A stretch of 24,000 nucleotides of DNA from Bacteroidota bacterium. Its GTDB lineage: Bacteria; Bacteroidota; Bacteroidia; B-17B0; Aurantibacillaceae. The notes beneath the pieces were generated by a model. That model did not search any database. It was not told where the DNA came from and saw only the letters and a list, made by a program, of their open reading frames with translations. Each line of letters begins with the position of its first letter. The first letter of the stretch is position 1. Positions 17,966-24,000 of this stretch are shown in pieces. The position numbers and the translations under genes are program-made. The stretch covers positions 2,780 to 26,779 of the forward strand of contig SYAL01000057.1 in NCBI GenBank assembly GCA_005787585.1, given 5' to 3'.

Positions 17966-20065
17966 ATGAATATATCCTTTGTTTTATTATCAATTATATT
18001 ATTTACAAAAAATATAGTCTTAGGTCAAATAAAGTATAATTACCCTCTAACACCGAAAGAAAACATAATAGATAATTATCAAGGCACTTTGGTAAAAGAT
18101 CCTTATCGCTGGTTGGAAGATGATAAAAGTCCAAGAACAGGTGAATGGGTAAAAGAAGAAAATACAGTTACCGAAAATTATTTAAAACAAATTAATTCGC
18201 GCGATAAGATTAAAAATCGCTTAACAGAATTGTGGAATTATAATAAACAGTCTGCTCCTTTTAAAAAAGGAGATTTTTATTTCTGCTACAAAAACAATGG
18301 GTTGCAAAATCAAAATGTTTTATATATTCAAAAAAATTCGGAAGATCCTGGGGAAATATTGTTAGACCCAAATTCATTATCAAACGATGGAACCGTTTCT
18401 TTAACCGGTATTTCTATTTCTAAAAATGGCGAGACCCTGGCATATGGTATATCCAAAGCAGGTAGTGATTGGGTTGAAATTCATTTTAAAAATATACTTA
18501 CCAAAATAGATTTGCCTGATGAACTAAGGTGGATAAAATTTAGTGGGATGAGTTGGAAAGACGATGGTATCTTTTATAGTAGATATGATATACCATCTGG
18601 TAGCGAACTCTCTCAAAAAAATCAATATCATAAAGTTTATTTTCATAAGTTAGGTACAAAGCAAGAAAAAGATGTTTTAGTTTTTGAAGATAAAGAGCAT
18701 GCTGATTATAATTTCGGAGCTTACTTGACGGATGATGAAAATTATTTATTTATTAGTACTAGCCAAAGTACTAGTGGTGAAAAATTAATTTTGAGAGACC
18801 TTAAGCATCCAAAGCGTTCAGATATAGTAATTTCAGAAAATTTTAATTTCGAATATGCTATTGTAGATAATATTGACTCTACTTTTTATATGCTAACTAA
18901 CCATAACGCAGCTAAATATAAATTAGTTTCATTCTCAATTAATGCAACTAAAGAGGCTAATTGGAAAACCATATTACCTGAAAACAAAAATCTTTTGGAA
19001 GGGGTGCGCTTATGTAATAAAAAAATCATTGCTAATTATTTAAAAAATGCTTCATCAAAATTATTTTGCTATGATTTGAATGGTAAGATGGAAAGAGAGA
19101 TTAAATTGCCGGGTTTATGCAAATTGAGTGCCTTTAATTCAGATAAAAAGGATGAATTTGCAACTTACAGCACTGTTCAATATTTTTCTCCAGAACAAAG
19201 CTATTTTTTGGATCTAAAAACATGGGAAAGTAAATTGATTTTTAAACCAAATTGTAAATTTAATTCAGATGATTATTTAACCGAACAATTATTTATTGAT
19301 GGAAAAAGTGGTGTAAAGCTTTCATTTTTTATAACACATAAAAAAGAACTCAAAATGACACCCGAAACTCCATGTTTTGTGTATGGTTACGGTGGATTTA
19401 ACATTTCACTTTCGCCAGAATTTAGAATTGACAGAACGGTTTTTTTGGAAGCTGGAGGAATTTATGTGGTACCAAATTTGCGAGGGGGTGGAGAATATGG
19501 AGAAGATTGGCATAAAGCCGGAACAAAATGTTTAAAACAAAATGTGTTTGACGATTTTATTTCTGTGTGTGATTTTTTAGTTGAAAAAAAATACACATCC
19601 TATAATAAAATTGCCATTCACGGAAGAAGTAATGGTGGATTATTAGTTGGAGCAGTAATGACACAACGGCCCGAGATATGTAAAGTAGCTATTCCTGCAG
19701 TTGGAGTTTTAGATATGCTCCGTTTCCATTTGTTTACCATTGGCAGAGCATGGACTGTTGACTACGGTTGTAGTGACAATCAAAAAGAGTTTGATTGTTT
19801 GTATAAATATTCTCCATTGCATAATGTAAAAGCTATTAATTATCCTGCAACTCTAGTTTTAACTGGCGATCATGATGATAGAGTTGTTCCTGCACACTCT
19901 TTTAAATTTGCAGCAACTTTGCAAGAAAAAAATAAAAGTCAAAATCCTATACTTATTCGAATTGATATAAATGCAGGACATGGAGCAGGAAAGCCAACTT
20001 CCAAACAAATTGCTGAGTTTGCCGATATGTGGAGTTTTGTGTTTTATAATTTAGGGATTAACTAA
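17966..20065 (+). CDS. Prolyl oligopeptidase (prolyl endopeptidase), peptidase family S9A, with signal peptide
   Basis: I prefer the ATG at 17966 (MNISFVLLSIILFTKNIVLGQ...) over the TTG at 17960 used by the ORF track. It has the N-terminal motif DPYRWLED, a beta-propeller region, and a catalytic domain with GGGEYGEDWH, the nucleophile context GRSNGGLLVG, Asp in TGDHDDRV and His in AGHGAG. Confidence 0.92.
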   Translation: MNISFVLLSIILFTKNIVLGQIKYNYPLTPKENIIDNYQGTLVKDPYRWLEDDKSPRTGEWVKEENTVTENYLKQINSRDKIKNRLTELWNYNKQSAPFKKGDFYFCYKNNGLQNQNVLYIQKNSEDPGEILLDPNSLSNDGTVSLTGISISKNGETLAYGISKAGSDWVEIHFKNILTKIDLPDELRWIKFSGMSWKDDGIFYSRYDIPSGSELSQKNQYHKVYFHKLGTKQEKDVLVFEDKEHADYNFGAYLTDDENYLFISTSQSTSGEKLILRDLKHPKRSDIVISENFNFEYAIVDNIDSTFYMLTNHNAAKYKLVSFSINATKEANWKTILPENKNLLEGVRLCNKKIIANYLKNASSKLFCYDLNGKMEREIKLPGLCKLSAFNSDKKDEFATYSTVQYFSPEQSYFLDLKTWESKLIFKPNCKFNSDDYLTEQLFIDGKSGVKLSFFITHKKELKMTPETPCFVYGYGGFNISLSPEFRIDRTVFLEAGGIYVVPNLRGGGEYGEDWHKAGTKCLKQNVFDDFISVCDFLVEKKYTSYNKIAIHGRSNGGLLVGAVMTQRPEICKVAIPAVGVLDMLRFHLFTIGRAWTVDYGCSDNQKEFDCLYKYSPLHNVKAINYPATLVLTGDHDDRVVPAHSFKFAATLQEKNKSQNPILIRIDINAGHGAGKPTSKQIAEFADMWSFVFYNLGIN

Positions 20066-20132
20066 ATTAAAATCAGATTAATTTCCCATACTTTGGTTGG
20101 GTTTAGAATTTTGAAATTGATTTCGAAAAAAG

Positions 20133-20160
20133 GGATTAGAATCTGATCCAAATTTTTTTT
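20133..20160 (+). terminator. Candidate intrinsic terminator between the convergent S9A peptidase and TonB-receptor genes
   Basis: The stem ggatta/tgatcc (20133-20138 paired with 20144-20149; 5 Watson-Crick pairs plus 1 G-U) has a 5-nt loop gaatc. It is followed by aaa and then T8 (20153-20160). On the opposite strand the weaker complement is followed by cttttttcg. The stem is short and GC-poor, so this call is tentative. Confidence 0.3.
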
Positions 20161-20166
20161 GCCCTT

Positions 20167-22650
20167 TTATTTTTTATTTTTTTTAAAGTTATACGTTAAG
20201 CTAGCTAATACATAACGTTTTAATACCTGAGTTTTATTATCTTCGCTATACAATCCTGTTACAATTCTGTTTATACTTCTGTTTTGATTTAAAAGATCAT
20301 AAACCGTAAATTTAAATTCTAAATTTTTAGATTTTAAAAATTTGTAACCAACATAAATGTTCCATAAAAAATAATTTTGATTAAAATTTTGACTTAATCC
20401 ATTTATAATATTTTGGTTAATATCACTATTTATAACAATACTTTTAAGTAAAATCGAATTTATTTTAAAAGAAATATTTTGTATTAAGAAGTTATTATTT
20501 GCACTTTTTTGAATTGAATTTTTTACAACAGTATAATTGCTGTTATACCCAATAGAAAAATCTAAATTTGTATTCATACTACTACCAATATTAAATCCTG
20601 AGTTATAGGCATAGTTGTCGGAGTAATTTATCAAATCGTTAATCATAGCAGGTATGTGGTTATAATTTAACCCTCCGTTTAAATTTAAGTTACATTTAAT
20701 ATATTTTAATGGGAATCCATATGCAAAAAATGATTTTACAGTATAAAATCCGTTTAAATTAACAGGTTTTGTTAATTGACTTCCAGATAATATATTTAAA
20801 TTTTGAATGACTGTGTCACGCCTTAAAATATAAGTGGCATTACTTATATAATTATCTATATATCCTGCGTTTAAAAATAAACCCATATTTTGTGAGGTTA
20901 TTATATTAAAACCACCAAATCTAATATTGATGTTATTTTCAAAAGTTTGTTTAAGGTCAGAATTTCCGGATCTTATTTGTAAAGGATTTGAAATATCAAT
21001 TACATTTTGTAATTGAGTAATATCTGGAATATTTGTATTTGACCTATAATAAATTCTTAAATTTTTAGTTTTTGTAATTTTGTAATTCAGCATAGCATTT
21101 TGTAAAATATTTTGAAATTTCTTAATAATATTAAATGCTATTGGAAAAGTTTGATCTCCAATTAAATTTGAAGTCTGGACATCAGATCCAAAACTTAAAT
21201 TAATTTTATTTTTTTGATATTTATAGCTAATTCCCCCTTTTTGAATTTGATAAATTAAAGAATATTTATTTGATAATACAGTATTAAAATCAGAAAATCG
21301 TTGAGTGACAAAATTTGAGTCATAGGTTTTTTTATTTGCTGAAGCATTAGTCAAGGATGGGTTGTAACTTATTAAAACTTGAGAATTTTCTGAAAATTGT
21401 TCGGTATATGAAATGTTTGGTGATATTTTTTTTATATAACTATAATTATTAAATTCCTGATTTAAATTTAAGTTTAAAGTATCATTTTGATATTTATTTT
21501 CTGAAATGTAGTTACCATTATTTAATTTTTCATTTTGCTGTGTAGTTATGTTTAACGAAATAGTTCTTCCTTTTTTACTAAATCTATGCTGATATATAAT
21601 TGAGTTTGTAAAATCATAACCTAAATTTTTTATTTCAGAATTTGTTTTCGTTTTGCTCAAAAAAAATGAATTTAAAATGGTGTTATTTCCAAGTAAATAA
21701 GTATTAGTAATATTGTTTTGATAGTTAAAGTTTGGATTAATTATAATTTTATTATTTGAATCAATTGTAGATTCAATTCTAAAATTAATACGATGATTAA
21801 GATTTTGATTTTCAGATGAATTTGTTTGTTGATAAACTAATTTATTATCAGTGAAATAATTTCTTAAAATATCTGAAGCATTTTTATTATTTGAATAATT
21901 AAAAAAATAACTTCCCGTAACTTCTGTTTTTTCACCCCATTTTTCGCTATAATTTAAACCTGTCGCTTGTGTTGATGTATTTCCATTTTGCGAATTGGTC
22001 ATTAGGTTATTTGCTCCAGATGAGAAATTATTCTGTCTACTATTTCCTCCTTGTCTACCTGATGAATTTTGATTACTTGACCCCAAGGCTCCAGTAATAT
22101 CATTCATACTGAAATTTTGTTGATTAATGTTATTTGAAAGTAGTAAAAGAGAAACTCTTCTTTTATCATTAAAACTATTGATTGTTGCTCCGTTTGAATA
22201 TCTAATTAAATTATTTTCGTCTGCTCCAATTCCCGAATAAATTTTTCCAAATTCACCAATATTTTTTCCTTTTTTTGTTACAAAATTGATTGTCTTTTGT
22301 TGCTCTCCATCATTAAATCCAGTAAATTGAGATTGATCACTCATTTTATCAAATATTTCTACTTTATCAATAATATCTGCAGATATATTTTTTATTGCTG
22401 CATTTTGATCATCGCCAAAAAAACGTTTACCGTCAAGTAAAACTTTTTGAACTGTTTCTCCATTTACTTTTAATCCATTATTATCTGAAGTAAAACCTGG
22501 CATTTTTTTTATTAAATCCTCTGCAGTTGCATCAGGTTGGGTTTTATAGGCATCAGCATTAAATAAAGTAGTATCTCCATTTTGTTCACCCCTTTTTTGT
22601 ATTGTTTTTATTTCTATTTCCGAAAGATTTTTACCATCTTCTAAAAGCAT
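20167..22650 (-). CDS. TonB-dependent receptor, plug plus beta-barrel portion (downstream part of a frameshift-split gene; the frame is actually open up to 22746)
   Basis: 827-aa ORF. It has a plug-domain-like N-terminus (DLIKKMPGFTSDNNGLKVNGETVQKVLLDGKRFFGDD...IDKVEIFDK), a long Asn/Ser/Tyr-rich beta-strand-patterned barrel, and a C-terminal aromatic-rich end (LASLTYNFKK). The 29 codons upstream of its first Met are also open and encode the rest of a CarboxypepD_reg-like domain (YLIIVSFIGYKDIYKVISVEKDSIDLGKI). Confidence 0.85.
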   Translation of the reverse strand: MLLEDGKNLSEIEIKTIQKRGEQNGDTTLFNADAYKTQPDATAEDLIKKMPGFTSDNNGLKVNGETVQKVLLDGKRFFGDDQNAAIKNISADIIDKVEIFDKMSDQSQFTGFNDGEQQKTINFVTKKGKNIGEFGKIYSGIGADENNLIRYSNGATINSFNDKRRVSLLLLSNNINQQNFSMNDITGALGSSNQNSSGRQGGNSRQNNFSSGANNLMTNSQNGNTSTQATGLNYSEKWGEKTEVTGSYFFNYSNNKNASDILRNYFTDNKLVYQQTNSSENQNLNHRINFRIESTIDSNNKIIINPNFNYQNNITNTYLLGNNTILNSFFLSKTKTNSEIKNLGYDFTNSIIYQHRFSKKGRTISLNITTQQNEKLNNGNYISENKYQNDTLNLNLNQEFNNYSYIKKISPNISYTEQFSENSQVLISYNPSLTNASANKKTYDSNFVTQRFSDFNTVLSNKYSLIYQIQKGGISYKYQKNKINLSFGSDVQTSNLIGDQTFPIAFNIIKKFQNILQNAMLNYKITKTKNLRIYYRSNTNIPDITQLQNVIDISNPLQIRSGNSDLKQTFENNINIRFGGFNIITSQNMGLFLNAGYIDNYISNATYILRRDTVIQNLNILSGSQLTKPVNLNGFYTVKSFFAYGFPLKYIKCNLNLNGGLNYNHIPAMINDLINYSDNYAYNSGFNIGSSMNTNLDFSIGYNSNYTVVKNSIQKSANNNFLIQNISFKINSILLKSIVINSDINQNIINGLSQNFNQNYFLWNIYVGYKFLKSKNLEFKFTVYDLLNQNRSINRIVTGLYSEDNKTQVLKRYVLASLTYNFKKNKK

Positions 22651-22727
22651 AATTTTACCCAGATCTATACTATCTTTTTCTACAGAGATAACTTTATAAA
22701 TATCTTTATATCCTATAAAAGAAACAA

Positions 22728-22958
22728 TTATAAGATATTTTTTTTTTTAGGTAAGATAAATTTAAAATAACCATCTAAATCTGATTTTGTTCCTGTAACG
22801 TACAAAGAATCTTGACTAAAAACTTTTATTGTTGATTCATTTAGTGCTAAACCAGACTTTTGCTTAATTATGCCAGAAATCAATACTTGTCCTTTAACAG
22901 AGAATGAAATAATACTAATAATGGCTAAGGTGAAAAAAAAAATGACTCGAAATGGCAT
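22728..22958 (-). CDS. N-terminal fragment of the same TonB-dependent receptor (signal peptide plus first half of a carboxypeptidase-regulatory-like domain)
   Basis: The 76-aa ORF is MPFRVIFFFTLAIISIISFSVKGQ (signal peptide) followed by VLISGIIKQKSGLALNESTIKVFSQDSLYVTGTKSDLDGYFKFILPKKK. That pattern is the first half of the CarboxypepD_reg domain that normally precedes the plug in Bacteroidota receptors. The ORF terminates 8 nt after the poly(A) tract. Confidence 0.8.
   Translation of the reverse strand: MPFRVIFFFTLAIISIISFSVKGQVLISGIIKQKSGLALNESTIKVFSQDSLYVTGTKSDLDGYFKFILPKKKNIL
22738..22748 (-). other. 11-nt homopolymer (A11 on the coding strand) at the exact frame junction of the split receptor gene
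   Basis: T11 on the + strand at 22738-22748. The upstream frame reads CCT AAA AAA AAA AAT ATC TTA TAA. The downstream frame has its last stop (TAA, 22747-22749) at the upstream (5') boundary of the tract, overlapping its first two A residues. The two frames therefore overlap only across this tract. Confidence 0.9.
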
Positions 22959-23109
22959 ATTTTAAAATTATTTTTAAAGTTAATAGAATTATTTACTAAT
23001 AACTAATTTATTAATTTTATTAGATTTAATTTCTTAATTTAATAATCATATTTTTGTCTTGTCTTCTTTTTATTATTATTAATTGAATTTAATATATTGT
23101 GTAATTTAA

Positions 23110-24000
23110 ATGAAGTACCTTCCTATTAAATTTTTTATTGTTAATATTTTTCTAGTATCTAATTTTTTTATTTCTGCTCAAACTAATTTATATACTCATG
23201 CTGATACTTTAATAGGAAGTATTTCTGATGCACGTAAATGTTGGGATTTAACTCATTATGATTTGCATGTAACTTTTAATGAAAAAGACAGTTCAGTTTT
23301 TGGATATAATTTAATTTCATTCAAGTCAATTGAATCTTATTCTTTAATGCAAATCGATTTAATGCGACCCATGATAATAGATAGTATAGTTCAAGATACC
23401 CGAAAATGTAAATTTATACGCGATGGCAATGCATATTTTATTAATTTAATTAAAACCTCAATATCAAATAATATAAAAAGTTTATTTGTTTATTTTCATG
23501 GCAAACCTCATGTTGCTATTTTACCACCTTGGGATGGTGGTATTGTTTGGTCAAAAGATAAAAATAATAATCCATGGATTTCAGTTGCATGTCAAGGTCT
23601 GGCCTCTAGTGTTTGGTTCCCCAGTAAAGACCATCAATACGATGAAGTTGATAGCGCTTCGGTTCATTTCACGGCATCTAGTAATTTAGTTATTGTTTCT
23701 AACGGTAAATGTAAATCTATTACAACTAATTCTAATAAAACCAAAACATATTACTGGGAAGTAAAAAATCCTATTAATAATTATAATATTACTTCCTACA
23801 TTGGTAAGTATATAAATTTTAAAGACACTTTTAATGGTAAAGGAGGTATTTTAGATTTAGATTTTTGGGTACTTGAAGGAAACTTAGAAAAAGCTAAACA
23901 TCAATTTAAGCAGGTTAAACCCATGTTGCGTTGTTTTGAAGATTGGTTTGGCAAATATCCATTTTATGAAGATGGTTATAAATTAGTTGAATCTCCTTTT
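23110..24000 (+). CDS. M1-family metallopeptidase (aminopeptidase N-like), N-terminal 297 codons; continues beyond the right window edge
   Basis: This gene is absent from the ORF track because it has no stop in the window. By hand translation it is open from ATG 23110 to 24000: MKYLPIKFFIVNIFLVSNFFISAQ (signal peptide) TNLYTHADTLIGSISDARKCWDLTHYDLHV...LPPWDGGIVWSKDKNNNPWISVACQGLASSVWFPSKDHQYDEVDS...FGKYPFYEDGYKLVESPF. From memory, these blocks match the N-terminal domain of Bacteroidota M1 peptidases. The zinc-binding HExxH motif would lie just past the window, so it was not seen. Confidence 0.75.
   Translation, partial: MKYLPIKFFIVNIFLVSNFFISAQTNLYTHADTLIGSISDARKCWDLTHYDLHVTFNEKDSSVFGYNLISFKSIESYSLMQIDLMRPMIIDSIVQDTRKCKFIRDGNAYFINLIKTSISNNIKSLFVYFHGKPHVAILPPWDGGIVWSKDKNNNPWISVACQGLASSVWFPSKDHQYDEVDSASVHFTASSNLVIVSNGKCKSITTNSNKTKTYYWEVKNPINNYNITSYIGKYINFKDTFNGKGGILDLDFWVLEGNLEKAKHQFKQVKPMLRCFEDWFGKYPFYEDGYKLVESPF

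Noticed and set aside
20072-20147. Long-range inverted repeat atcagatt (20072-20079) / aatctgat (20140-20147) between the convergent peptidase and receptor genes
   Set aside because: Only 8 bp pair perfectly (about 12/16 if extended), with a ~60-nt loop. That is too weak to call a structured element. The local short hairpin plus T-run at 20133-20160 is the more plausible terminator, and it is itself tentative.
1-24000. Possibility of an alternative genetic code, or of CRISPR, mobile-element or defence content, in this AT-rich window
   Set aside because: All conserved genes translate full-length with the standard bacterial code, and TAA/TAG stops fall where homologues end. I saw no regularly spaced repeat array, no transposase, integrase or recombinase-like ORF, no terminal inverted repeats, and no tRNA-like GC-rich segments. 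The two TAA codons in the pseudo-ORF at 12062-12121 are better explained by decay than by recoding.

Overview
This is a visibly AT-rich chromosomal segment (roughly 30% G+C by eye, not computed). Its gene content looks like a Bacteroidota, Flavobacteriia-like genome: a long-form IspG, a TonB-dependent receptor with a CarboxypepD_reg-type N-terminus, a DUF255 thioredoxin protein, and an NdpA-like nucleoid protein. About 20 protein-coding genes are tightly packed on both strands, and almost all are housekeeping or envelope functions. In order they are: a left-edge secreted ORF, DUF255/YyaL, an HlyD-type adaptor, tsaB, an ABM-like protein, a DUF62 SAM hydrolase-like protein, PhoH-like ATPase, S41 C-terminal processing protease, a nucleoid-associated protein, a Zn-ribbon protein, purK, an alpha/beta hydrolase, a 60-aa membrane ORF, ispG, fumC, a glucosaminidase-domain protein, prolyl oligopeptidase, a TonB-dependent receptor, and a right-edge M1 peptidase. 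I found no rRNA, tRNA, CRISPR array, transposase, integrase, phage gene or recognisable defence or toxin module. I do not see a convincing novel multi-gene system here, and the window reads as ordinary core genome. Two things merit a second look. (1) The TonB-dependent receptor is split into two ORFs exactly at an 11-nt poly(A) tract, and one extra A (or a -1 slip) restores a 930-aa protein. (2) A diverged direct repeat brackets the alpha/beta hydrolase gene; one copy is the promoter and 5' half of the small membrane ORF upstream of ispG, and the other is a decayed pseudo-copy of it. Two genes missing from the ORF track, because they run off the window edges, were recovered by hand translation.
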